57,778 nt of DNA from a virus. The stretch is from the IMG/VR virus record IMGVR_UViG_3300034143_000002, one strand, 5' to 3'. Numbering within the stretch: position 1 is the first letter of the stretch; every line of letters begins with the position of its first letter. Made by a program: the position numbers and the translations under genes. Below are positions 43,328 through 51,846 of this stretch, in pieces. Under the pieces are notes generated by a model. The model searched no databases. It worked only from the letters and a program-made list of their open reading frames with translations, and had not been told where the DNA came from.

Positions 43328-43798
43328 GTGACTGTTGGAGAGCGCTTAATCGAAGCTTATAAAGAGTCGTTGGGCACGGAAGATAAGAAGATTATTGCGA
43401 AATATCTGGGCTTCGAGACGGACAAGGCTGTTTACAAAGTAATTAATGGCGAGCGGGAATTAAACTTCGATGCGCTTATAAAATTCAGGAATTCTACGAA
43501 ACGTTCCATAGATTGGCTGCTCACTGGTGAGGGCCCGGATATAACTTCAGCGGTCGAATCGGAGCAGGAGGCCCGCATCGATCTCGACGAAAGTGAGACC
43601 ATCTTCATTCAGGGCCTGGCAGAGGTTGAAGGGAAAGGATTTGATGAAGTAGTTCGCGAACTTGTGATTGAGGCACTCCGACAAAGAAGCTCCACTCTCT
43701 TTACAGACTACCGCCAACTCGATCCAGATCAACTCGAATCGTTACTTAAACAATTATTGAAAGTTAATCACAATGGGGGAGGAAGGAAAACTGCTTAA
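43328..43798 (+). CDS. CI-like repressor (HTH, phage CI/P2 C-type)
   Basis: In-frame GTG 43328 chosen, because the ORF-track start overlaps the Cro-like gene. VGERLIEAYKESLG..KIIAKYLGFETDKAVYKVINGERELNFDALIKFRNSTKRSIDWLLTGEG. Confidence 0.65.
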   Translation: MTVGERLIEAYKESLGTEDKKIIAKYLGFETDKAVYKVINGERELNFDALIKFRNSTKRSIDWLLTGEGPDITSAVESEQEARIDLDESETIFIQGLAEVEGKGFDEVVRELVIEALRQRSSTLFTDYRQLDPDQLESLLKQLLKVNHNGGGRKTA

Positions 43799-45171
43799 TC
43801 CGCCGAGCCCTTATCCTTTACATCGGACAGGAGGGTGACGGGATGAGGTCTCTTTTTCGTCACTGACTTCCTCATGATGATACTACGTTTACGAGGTTTG
43901 ACTTCCGTGCGTTTATTTAGCAAACCCGAATGTCTTCCATTATTAACCATAACCGAGAAAGCCTGCTGAGTTATACCAAGGCGCAGCGCTGTTGGCGTAG
44001 GCTTACCCTCGCAAGCAGTTAATGCTTCAACGATCAACTTTCGTTCAAAGAGTAAAACCTCTTCCTTGAACGGAAGGCCCGCTGGCACGTAGATCGCTTC
44101 GCTCAACTCCTCAAACATCTGAATAGCAATTTTAGATCGCTGCTCAAGCGTTACGTATTCTGCTGCTAATTGAAAAGCGTGCTTATACACCTCGAATGAT
44201 TCAGCGAAGCGTCGCAGCTTGGCTAGAGATTGAGCTTGTAACTGTAAAGACTCCACCGCCTCAACGAACTCCCCTGCATCTTCAAATTGTTCAGATGCAC
44301 TGCGCGCTAAAGCTTCGGCCTCAGAGTATTTTTGTTCTGCTAAATAGATGCGAGCCTGTGAATCATCAACATGGACGAGCGCACCTTCATCCTTTAATGC
44401 TGTGAATAATATTCTGGAGCGGGTTATGTGGGCATGCGCTTCGGTGAAATCCGAGGCTGTCATGCATAACAGTCCTAAATTGTTTTCCAACCGAGCTAGA
44501 TAGCGGGTGTGCCCGGCTTGTTCCAAATGTACCCGGCATAAGAGAAACTCATCGTAAGACTGTTTCAAATTTCCGGTGTTCTTCGCAACAAGACCGGCTT
44601 CATTATGAAGGGTCGCCTGAAGAGTATGGCTGCCGCTCGCTTCGACGAGCTGCTTTATCTCATTCAGGACGTTGAGTGCCTCACCATACCGCCCCTGTGA
44701 TCTCACAACCAAGGCAAGGTTTAGCTGTGCCCACAACCTGGTTCCGTTTGAAATCTCCTTAATGCGATCAATAGCGCATTTGAGACGTACCTCCGCTTCA
44801 GGTAATGAGCCCTGCCGCCAGTACATAATCCCGAGCGTGCTTTCTGCCTCGGCTGCATATTCCGGTTCATTGAGCTGGATATATCGATCAAAAGCTGCGG
44901 TAACAATATCCTTGGCTAATTCCTGAAGGTTGGCTTCTTTGCGTGCGCTGCCGATCCACCCAGTCAGAGAGCCTGCGCGTAATAAAACTTGCGCCGCCGA
45001 AACAGGATTCAGCTTCTCTATCCTGGGCCAGTGACCCGCGCCTTTCCAAAACTCCACGAGTTCCTCAACTGCTAAATCATATTCACCTGCCCGCTCTTGA
45101 TTCAGAGCTTTTTCACAGGCGTCTGTCGCTCGCTTGTCAATCGCATTTGAAGAAGGTGTTCTGACTGGCAT
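43795..45171 (-). CDS. TPR-repeat protein with C-terminal Fis-type HTH (458 aa)
   Basis: Repeated A..lG..y...G....A helices through ~350 aa. C-terminal ERKLIVEALTACEGKPTPTALRLGITQQAF. Confidence 0.7.
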   Translation of the reverse strand: MPVRTPSSNAIDKRATDACEKALNQERAGEYDLAVEELVEFWKGAGHWPRIEKLNPVSAAQVLLRAGSLTGWIGSARKEANLQELAKDIVTAAFDRYIQLNEPEYAAEAESTLGIMYWRQGSLPEAEVRLKCAIDRIKEISNGTRLWAQLNLALVVRSQGRYGEALNVLNEIKQLVEASGSHTLQATLHNEAGLVAKNTGNLKQSYDEFLLCRVHLEQAGHTRYLARLENNLGLLCMTASDFTEAHAHITRSRILFTALKDEGALVHVDDSQARIYLAEQKYSEAEALARSASEQFEDAGEFVEAVESLQLQAQSLAKLRRFAESFEVYKHAFQLAAEYVTLEQRSKIAIQMFEELSEAIYVPAGLPFKEEVLLFERKLIVEALTACEGKPTPTALRLGITQQAFSVMVNNGRHSGLLNKRTEVKPRKRSIIMRKSVTKKRPHPVTLLSDVKDKGSAD

Positions 45172-45301
45172 GAAGCTGCACCCTATACCTTTGATTTGAC
45201 TTAGGTAATGCGCCTTACAAGAAAACTTGTAGAGGCCGGTTTCTTAACCTATGATGAGGACGACAGTTCTTACTCCCACCATTCCGAAACCGGAGCCTTT
45301 T

Positions 45302-45496
45302 ATGAACAAAACAAAAAGAGCCGCTATAACTCTGGCGTTGTTGGTAATCATGGCCGTCTCTACACAGGCCGGTGATATGGGTATGCCAGGTGATGAGTCG
45401 CCGACGGAGCCAACAACAACGAGCGCGCCCTCGACAGACATCACGCTGATAGATTATCTGGGCATTATCATCAGCATCGCGACGAGCCAAATCTAA
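45302..45496 (+). CDS. Small secreted pre-peptide candidate (64 aa)
   Basis: GGAG 6 nt before ATG 45302. MNKTKRAAITLALLVIMAVSTQA|GDMGMPGDESPTEPTTTSAPSTDITLIDYLGIIISIATSQI. Divergent from the TPR gene. Confidence 0.45.
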   Translation: MNKTKRAAITLALLVIMAVSTQAGDMGMPGDESPTEPTTTSAPSTDITLIDYLGIIISIATSQI

Positions 45497-45753
45497 GGCT
45501 CAGCTTTCTATGATTCAACTGTGGTGGCCGCTAACTATGCTGGTTGGCGGCGCAGTTTAAGTGTGCCCGCCGTCGGGGGGCGGAAGATTGAGAAACTGAG
45601 GAAACGCTCGCATCTTAGCCACAGTTTCTGTGAAAAGGCAATAAGCAAAGATCTTTGCCTGATAACCTTAGACACCGGATTTTGCGATTCGGATACTAGC
45701 AAAGACAATACTATTACGCAAGATACTATCAGAGAAGCCATGCTATTTGTATA

Positions 45754-45999
45754 ATGCGAGGCATGGTCACGATTGATATTCCTGGGGCCGCTGAGAAGCG
45801 CGGGATTAAAAACTCGTATCAGTTGATGAAGGCCATCAACTCGGCAGGTGGGGCGCAAGTGGATGCGGCTACTGCCTCTCGCTGGTGGAAGTCCAAAAGC
45901 ATGACGATGATCAGCACGACCACCATTGATACGATCTGCCACTCCCTCAAATGCAAGCCAAGCGACTTCATCATCTACCAGGCAAACGTAAAAAAGTGA
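45754..45999 (+). CDS. XRE-family HTH regulator (HTH_26-like)
   Basis: SYQLMKAINSAGGAQVDAATASRWWKSK...ISTTTIDTICHSLKCKPSDFIIY. TATAAT overlaps ATG 45754, so a leaderless start at ATG 45763 is possible. Confidence 0.65.
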   Translation: MRGMVTIDIPGAAEKRGIKNSYQLMKAINSAGGAQVDAATASRWWKSKSMTMISTTTIDTICHSLKCKPSDFIIYQANVKK

Positions 46000-46290
46000 T
46001 TACCTCACGACTTCCCTTCTCTGTTCAATACGCTGCCAGATTTGCTCACGCATCATTCTATTTCTCGCCGCTCGCTGCTCTGCCCTCTTAGTACGGGCTG
46101 TGGCTTTGCGCTCGCTCGGGCTCGGGAGATGATGTGGATCATCAACAGGCAGTGCGTAGAATCCCTCTACCCCTGAATCTACACTTACTCTTTTTGCACC
46201 GTGGAGAAGTCCTCGGCATCTGCACCTGCACCTTGATTCTTTGGCGTTTTCACAGTTGACGATTTCAGCATGTGATAGGGTTCGTGGCAT
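46000..46290 (-). CDS. Hypothetical basic protein (96 aa)
   Basis: ORF track; divergent from the par operon. Confidence 0.4.
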   Translation of the reverse strand: MPRTLSHAEIVNCENAKESRCRCRCRGLLHGAKRVSVDSGVEGFYALPVDDPHHLPSPSERKATARTKRAEQRAARNRMMREQIWQRIEQRREVVR

Positions 46291-46331
46291 CTGTTCGGCT
46301 CCTTCGTGGCTTAATGATGAAAGGATATATA

Positions 46332-46441
46332 CACCCCTCTGTAAAGAATAGCAAGAGAAAATGTGCGTACCACTGTAAATATTTATTGCGTTGCTGATAG
46401 TTCTGTGCGATAGTGCCCTCCGTGTTGATTACAGAGGGGTG
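46332..46441. promoter_or_regulatory. 13-bp inverted repeats flanking the par-operon promoter region
   Basis: CACCCCTCTGTAA (46332-46344) and TTACAGAGGGGTG (46429-46441). An extra CTGTAAA lies between them. Confidence 0.6.
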
Positions 46442-46476
46442 CAGGTGAAAATGTCAGGACAAAAAGGACTCCAACC

Positions 46477-46680
46477 ATGACCGCGAGACAATTTGCTGCC
46501 GAGATGAACGTTAACTACAGAACAGCTCTCAACTGGCTCGACGCGGGGCTGGTGCCTGACGCTGAATACATTTCATCTCCGATTGGATCTTACTGGGAGA
46601 TTCCTGCAACAGCACTGAAGATGGAACGCCCGAAGCCTGGGCCAAAGAGGAAAATCAAACAACCGGAGGCTGCACAATGA
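46477..46680 (+). CDS. Small HTH protein (67 aa), first gene of par operon
   Basis: [31 protein letters not shown] overlap with parA. Confidence 0.55.
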   Translation: MTARQFAAEMNVNYRTALNWLDAGLVPDAEYISSPIGSYWEIPATALKMERPKPGPKRKIKQPEAAQ

Positions 46681-47477
46681 AAGTGATCGCCATCGCTAAT
46701 CAAAAAGGAGGCGTCGGAAAAACCACAACGGCGGTCAACCTCGCTGCGGCTCTGCAATCACAGGGGCGAAAGGTGCTGGTGCTCGACCTTGATCCCCAGG
46801 CGACAGCCACACGCTTTCTTCTCGACCGCTATGGCACAGACGGGGAGACGGTTTACGACGTACTGATGCACGGCAAGCCTTTGTCAGAGGTTATTCTCAA
46901 GACTCCCGTCGGCATTCCCGTCGCTCCCAGCAACTTCAATCTGGCGTCCCTCGACCTTGACCTCAATAGCGCCTTAAACCGCGAGCACAGGCTGGCGGAT
47001 GCATTGGAAGAGGTCACAGGCTTCGACTATGCCCTGATTGATTGTCCGACCTTTCTGGGCTTCGCCAACATCAACGCATTCGCCGCCGCTCAGAGTGTGC
47101 TGATCCCCATAGAGTGCGCGCCGGAATCATGGGAAGCGGTTCCCTATCTGATGAATACCCTCAGAAAGATCATCGTCCAGCTCAAACATCCATTAACGAT
47201 CTTTGCGCTGCCGACTTTTCTTGAACGGACGAATATTGCACGGGATATCCACACGGAGATTTGTGCGCACTACGAGGCGTACACTCTTTCGCCGATCAAT
47301 AAGAACGTCCGTCTGAAAGAAGCGTTCAACGCGCGCAAGCCGATTATTCAATACGATCCGGCAGCATCAGGAACAATGGACTATCTCAGGGCTGCAAAGG
47401 AGATCATCAGTGGACACGAAACCGAAACGGAGATACGGCGCAATCAGGAAGGGCGAGGAAACAGCGGCAGGAACTAA
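46677..47477 (+). CDS. parA: ParA/Soj-type partition ATPase
   Basis: [25 protein letters not shown] (deviant Walker A), [15 protein letters not shown]. Confidence 0.9.
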   Translation: MKVIAIANQKGGVGKTTTAVNLAAALQSQGRKVLVLDLDPQATATRFLLDRYGTDGETVYDVLMHGKPLSEVILKTPVGIPVAPSNFNLASLDLDLNSALNREHRLADALEEVTGFDYALIDCPTFLGFANINAFAAAQSVLIPIECAPESWEAVPYLMNTLRKIIVQLKHPLTIFALPTFLERTNIARDIHTEICAHYEAYTLSPINKNVRLKEAFNARKPIIQYDPAASGTMDYLRAAKEIISGHETETEIRRNQEGRGNSGRN

Positions 47478-48543
47478 CCAGGAAGTATTCGACAAGTTTT
47501 TCAAGAATGACGGCTCGGACACTTCCCTTCCCATGCAAACGCGCGTTGCCGCGGCTGAGCGGGAAAGTAGTACCACGGGTACTACCACCCCTACCCCTAC
47601 TACCACCCCTACCCCTTCGATACCGATTGCGCCAGTCAGAGATTTCACGCGTTTCGCTAATTCAATCGTGCGAGATGGAGTCACCGGCGGGCTCTTCACT
47701 GGTAAGAGCAAACAGGTTTATGACTTTCTATATTCGCAGACGCGTGGGTACATCACCCCCCGCCGATCAGTGCGCATTCCGATGGACCGCCTGCGCGTCG
47801 GCGCAGGGCTCGGATCAGACAAGTCGCTGCGTTCAATCCTCCAGCGGCTCAGTGCGGTCGGCTTGATAACCATTCGTGAGATCGGCGGCACGCAGGGCGG
47901 CAACGATTTTACAGTCTTCTTACCTGAAGAGATCGAGGGAGAGCAGGCGACCCCTGCTACCACGGGTACTACCACCGCTACCCCTACCACCACGGGTACT
48001 ACTTTCGACCACGGGTACCCCCCGCAGAAAGCAGTAGGGGTAGCGGTGGTGGATTCTACCAGTGGTAGCAGGGGTGCAAATATTGAAAGCGTTGAAGGTT
48101 CCGCGCCACCTAATACTTTCTTTAATACTACAGAAAGAAAGAATGATGATGATGACGCGACAGCGCTGGCCGGGTTGAATGAAGTGCTCAAACAAGTTGC
48201 AAAGGAGATTACTGGCAGGGAATTATCGCCGACGGAATCTGATCGCTGGCGAGAGCTTGGAGAGGTGCTGGCAGCCGAACTGAAGATCGCAGCCGGACGC
48301 ACCACGGTCTCTTCAGTCCCTTCTTTTCTGGCTGAGCATCTGCGCCGTCGTCTCTGGAAAGTGGACAAGCGGCAGGCGCGCGCAGAGGGCATGGAACTTC
48401 CCGACGAAGCTATGAAGACTGCACCCACAGTAGACGCCAAGCAGTGCCCGGATTGTGCAGGCTCAGGCTGGCATTACCCGGACGGAATGGAAAAGGGCGT
48501 CAAGAAATGTCGGCATGAAAACTTGAGCAGTGAAGGGAAGTGA
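47410..48543 (+). CDS. wHTH initiator/ParB-like protein (377 aa)
   Basis: AAGGAG 7 nt before GTG 47410. [55 protein letters not shown] is wHTH-like. Two Thr/Pro linkers; C-terminal CPDCAGSGW...C. Confidence 0.6.
   Translation: MDTKPKRRYGAIRKGEETAAGTNQEVFDKFFKNDGSDTSLPMQTRVAAAERESSTTGTTTPTPTTTPTPSIPIAPVRDFTRFANSIVRDGVTGGLFTGKSKQVYDFLYSQTRGYITPRRSVRIPMDRLRVGAGLGSDKSLRSILQRLSAVGLITIREIGGTQGGNDFTVFLPEEIEGEQATPATTGTTTATPTTTGTTFDHGYPPQKAVGVAVVDSTSGSRGANIESVEGSAPPNTFFNTTERKNDDDDATALAGLNEVLKQVAKEITGRELSPTESDRWRELGEVLAAELKIAAGRTTVSSVPSFLAEHLRRRLWKVDKRQARAEGMELPDEAMKTAPTVDAKQCPDCAGSGWHYPDGMEKGVKKCRHENLSSEGK
47950..48075. repeat. Nested inverted repeats plus ACCACGGGTAC iteron-like copies inside 47410..48543
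   Basis: Outer arms 47950-47961/48064-48075 (12 bp); inner arms 47971-47987/48034-48050 (17 bp). ACCACGGGTAC at 47959, 47989, 48008 and also 47572. Confidence 0.85.
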
Positions 48544-48689
48544 AAGAGCTGTAGTCTGCCGCGTCTGATAAAGTTCTTTTCACTGCTATGGGCTTTGCGA
48601 CATAAATGACAGGCGGGGAAAGATTCGGAAAGGGTAAACTCTCCTGAGCACTGAATGGTCAGCGGCTTCGAAATTTTTCACCTCAGGAG

Positions 48690-48908
48690 ATGATTATCAT
48701 GGCAACAGAGACCACATTTGATCAGGCGATTAATGATTTGGATATGGCAGCCGGAGAGGTTCTCAAACACCTTGCGGGTGGTGAATGGCCGGACGAGATG
48801 CCGGAAGATTTACCGCCTGCCGCGCAAAGCATGTGGAGGGCCTGCAAGCAAATCCAGATTGAAATGTCGACTGAAGACTTTCAGGAATACCAATCAGACA
48901 GGAGTTGA
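48690..48908 (+). CDS. Acidic hypothetical protein (69-72 aa)
   Basis: AGGAG precedes the start; ATG 48699 has the better spacing. Confidence 0.45.
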   Translation: MIIMATETTFDQAINDLDMAAGEVLKHLAGGEWPDEMPEDLPPAAQSMWRACKQIQIEMSTEDFQEYQSDRS

Positions 48909-49009
48909 GACGGTCGTGTCTAACCCTCCTTATCTGAAGCTCTCAAACTACCGCGTACAACTGCCACCTCAAATAAATTCGGGGGAGAACGGCGTGAAGA
49001 AGTGTTTCC

Positions 49010-49660
49010 ATGAATGATTACCTGTTTAGGATCGGAGAACCCGACGGCCTGCACCTCTATTTCAATGTGGCTGCCAATTCACGCAGCGAGGCAGTCCAGA
49101 TAGCCAATGAAGATATAGCTGAGGAGCGTGAGAGCTCACATCTCTATTTCAGCCTTCGTGTCCCGGATGCTGACCTGGTCATCAATACCGACTTTCGTGT
49201 TACAGAAGAGATGATCGTCGAAGAGGCGCCGGCTAATCGCGAGGTGTTATTCAGGGCTCACAAGTACCTCTCCGAGCAGGGCTATGAATACGGCGGCGAC
49301 GAGAGGGATCTATGGCATGACAGGGACCCCGACTTCACGAAAGCTATCTACACGGAGGACGGGGAGGGAATTTACGGGCTCTTCAAAGTGCATGCGTATT
49401 TCGAACATAACATCAATAATTACACCTTTCGGGTGGAAGCGATTTTGTACCCGGTAGGCGGGGCACGAATCGCCGAAGGGGAAGGGAAGCTGAGATACAC
49501 TGTCGACTTTCGCGACCGGCAGCTCTACACGACACTGGACGAGTTACCGTTGATACTTGGATTTTATGAAAGTAAGTTTGAACTCCTGATCAATGCACTA
49601 AGGCAGGCGGATCCTCTTGACGGTTTACCACTCGATTATTCAAGGCCGGATAATACTTAG
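49010..49660 (+). CDS. Hypothetical protein (216 aa)
   Basis: ORF track; no motif recognised. Confidence 0.5.
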   Translation: MNDYLFRIGEPDGLHLYFNVAANSRSEAVQIANEDIAEERESSHLYFSLRVPDADLVINTDFRVTEEMIVEEAPANREVLFRAHKYLSEQGYEYGGDERDLWHDRDPDFTKAIYTEDGEGIYGLFKVHAYFEHNINNYTFRVEAILYPVGGARIAEGEGKLRYTVDFRDRQLYTTLDELPLILGFYESKFELLINALRQADPLDGLPLDYSRPDNT

Positions 49661-50040
49661 GTCTGATTATCTGAAGCTCACTTTGACGCGCGCTTGCGCC
49701 TGATTTCTTTCTTCCCGAACAGCATTCCAGACATTTATTTTGACCCCTCTTTCTCTCCTCTTATTTCCACTTTTTGACCTGCACCTTTTTCTTCTTCAGA
49801 CATAATAAAGCTCCGGACTTCATCTCACTCACATAGCAGATTTCCCACTGGCTCTAACCTTATATCCATCCATAACAAGCAAAAATACTGACCCCAAAAT
49901 AGAAATAAAGCTGGCTGTAATTAGCTCGAATATCTGATGGCTCGGTGCTTTTCATACAGGTTTGTAGTTGGCAGGCTTCGTGATGCAAAAATATAAGCAT
50001 TGACGATCTGTAATAATATCTATACGCTTGAAATTGACTG

Positions 50041-50060
50041 AAGCGAGCAGGATTTCTGCT
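50041..50060 (-). promoter_or_regulatory. oriT nick-region candidate
   Basis: The minus strand reads AAATCCTGCTCGC (ATCCTG|C, as in the RP4-type nic core) at 50047-50053, within the small IR AGCAG-GATTT-CTGCT, ~60 nt upstream of mobC. A short match that could be chance. Confidence 0.3.
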
Positions 50061-50111
50061 TAGCGAAAAGTCACCCCGCTCAAACTCACAAAATCCAACA
50101 GGAGCAATTGC

Positions 50112-50468
50112 GTGGCTAAATATGGCCGCCCCCGTCTGCCCGAAAGCGAGCGCAGAGAAGCGGGAGCCCTTCACATCCGGCTCAACAAGGAAGAGCGACA
50201 GATCATCGAAGAGAAAGCGTCTTCTGCCGGCGTGACGCCCCACGAGTGGGCGCGCGCGGCGTCGCTGGAGCGCGACCCTCCGCCGCGCAAAATCATCCCC
50301 GAACTGAATCGCCAAGCTTGGCTGGAAATGGCCCGGCTGATGGCCACCTTGAACGGCGCGATCTGGCGCTTCCAGCCCGGTGGGGAAGAGTCCGTCAGGG
50401 AGGCCGTGGAGGCTGTCCGGCAGGAGTTGGCCGCGGTCAGAAATCAGCTGATCGGAGGCTCATCGTGA
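50112..50468 (+). CDS. MobC-like relaxosome accessory protein
   Basis: GTG start. GALHIRLNKEERQIIEEKASSAGVTPHEWARAASL (RHH-type MobC pattern). GTGA overlap with the relaxase. Confidence 0.65.
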   Translation: MAKYGRPRLPESERREAGALHIRLNKEERQIIEEKASSAGVTPHEWARAASLERDPPPRKIIPELNRQAWLEMARLMATLNGAIWRFQPGGEESVREAVEAVRQELAAVRNQLIGGSS

Positions 50469-51835
50469 TCGGCAAAATAACGGGGGGCGCGAGCTTCGCA
50501 GGCGCTCTGGAATACCTGACGAAGATCAAAGAGCCGAAGCTGCCTGAAGAGAAGGAACCGTACCGGCAGAAGCTCAAGGAGGCGAAGCTGTCGCCGGGCG
50601 AGCACGCGCCGCCTTTCGAGGCCGGAGAGCGCCACCGGGTGATCGGCGGCAACATGTCGGGGCTGACCAGGGAGGAGCTTCAGAAAGAGTTCGAGGCCAT
50701 CTGCGGCCAGCGGCCAGACATAGAGAAACCGGTTCATCACGTCTCTCTGAGCGCGGGCGAGAACGACCGCCTGAGCGTCGAGCAGTGGCAGGAGATTAGC
50801 GAACGATACATCCATGAGATGGGATTCAAGGATGCCCCATACGTCGTCATCCAGCACCGTGACGGGGCCCACGATCACGTCCATATCCTGACCTCGCGCG
50901 TGGATGTCAACGGCCATGTCGTCAGTGACTGGCAGAGCAAGCAGCGGGCGGAAAAGGTGCTGCGCGGCGTCGAGCGCGACTACGGGCTGGAGCAGACGAA
51001 GTCGAGCACGGAAGTCGAGCGCGCGGCCCCGAAGCGCGGCGAGATTGAAGTCTTCAACCGGACACGCGAGCTATCGGCCAGGATGGAAATGCAGAGCCAT
51101 GTCGACCTTGCCCTGCAAGATAATCCTTCCGCCACGGCGTTCATCGAGCGCTTGCAGAATTCCGGCATCGAGGTCGTCCCTTACGTGCAGGACTCCGGCC
51201 TCATGACCGGTATCAGCTTTCGGAAAGGGAAGGAGCTGATGAAAGGTTCCGACCTCGGGCGCGGCTTCTCCTGGCCTGCGCTTCAACGGCGCGGGCTGGA
51301 CTACCAGCCGGAGCGGGATCGCCCGGCGGTCGAAGCCGCCAGGGAACGCTCGGCGCTCGAGGAGCACGCGCAGCCAACTGGCCCGTCCACTGTGGAGCGA
51401 AACTTCGGCGACGCGGTGAGAGATATAGGTGAGCGGACAGGGCAATACCTGATCGATCAGGCCAACCCGTTGAGACCTCTCGAAAATCAGGTGAGAGCCA
51501 TAGAGGTGACGGGCCGTGCCCTCGTCGACGGCGTGACGGCTCTCAGGGACACGCTCTCCAGACAGTCTGACCCGGCGCAGCCTCAGAGGGCGGCAGGGCC
51601 TGAGCCTGACGGTCGAGACTCGATCCAACGATTGCAGCAGACCACTGGGCTGGAGACGGCCAGAGATGGCCAGGGCGCGCTCGAACACCTCAACGAGATC
51701 GCCGGGCCGCAGCGCCCGGACTCCGCTGAGCCCTCTCTCGAAGACTCACTGACCCGGACACCCGGCATGACCCCTTCACAGGAGATTGCAAACGAGGAAC
51801 ACACCATCGAACAGGCAATCGAATTTATACTCTAA
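50465..51835 (+). CDS. Mobilization relaxase (MobA/VirD2 family)
   Basis: GGAGG 6 nt before GTG 50465. VIGKITGGASFAGALEYL N-terminus. HHVSLS, and the His triad HRDGAHDHVHIL. Confidence 0.85.
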   Translation: MIGKITGGASFAGALEYLTKIKEPKLPEEKEPYRQKLKEAKLSPGEHAPPFEAGERHRVIGGNMSGLTREELQKEFEAICGQRPDIEKPVHHVSLSAGENDRLSVEQWQEISERYIHEMGFKDAPYVVIQHRDGAHDHVHILTSRVDVNGHVVSDWQSKQRAEKVLRGVERDYGLEQTKSSTEVERAAPKRGEIEVFNRTRELSARMEMQSHVDLALQDNPSATAFIERLQNSGIEVVPYVQDSGLMTGISFRKGKELMKGSDLGRGFSWPALQRRGLDYQPERDRPAVEAARERSALEEHAQPTGPSTVERNFGDAVRDIGERTGQYLIDQANPLRPLENQVRAIEVTGRALVDGVTALRDTLSRQSDPAQPQRAAGPEPDGRDSIQRLQQTTGLETARDGQGALEHLNEIAGPQRPDSAEPSLEDSLTRTPGMTPSQEIANEEHTIEQAIEFIL

Positions 51836-51846
51836 AGGAATTATCA

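Noticed and set aside
45521-45942. ORFs 45521..45754 (+) and 45535..45942 (-)
   Set aside because: They are mutually antisense in a regulatory-looking region (CAAAGATCTTTG palindrome, three GATACTA-like direct repeats upstream of the XRE gene). Neither has an RBS or recognisable features.
49860-50315. 151-aa minus-strand ORF across the mobC start
   Set aside because: It is antisense to the AT-rich oriT-like region and the MobC gene, and its Arg-rich C-terminal part is typical of shadow ORFs.
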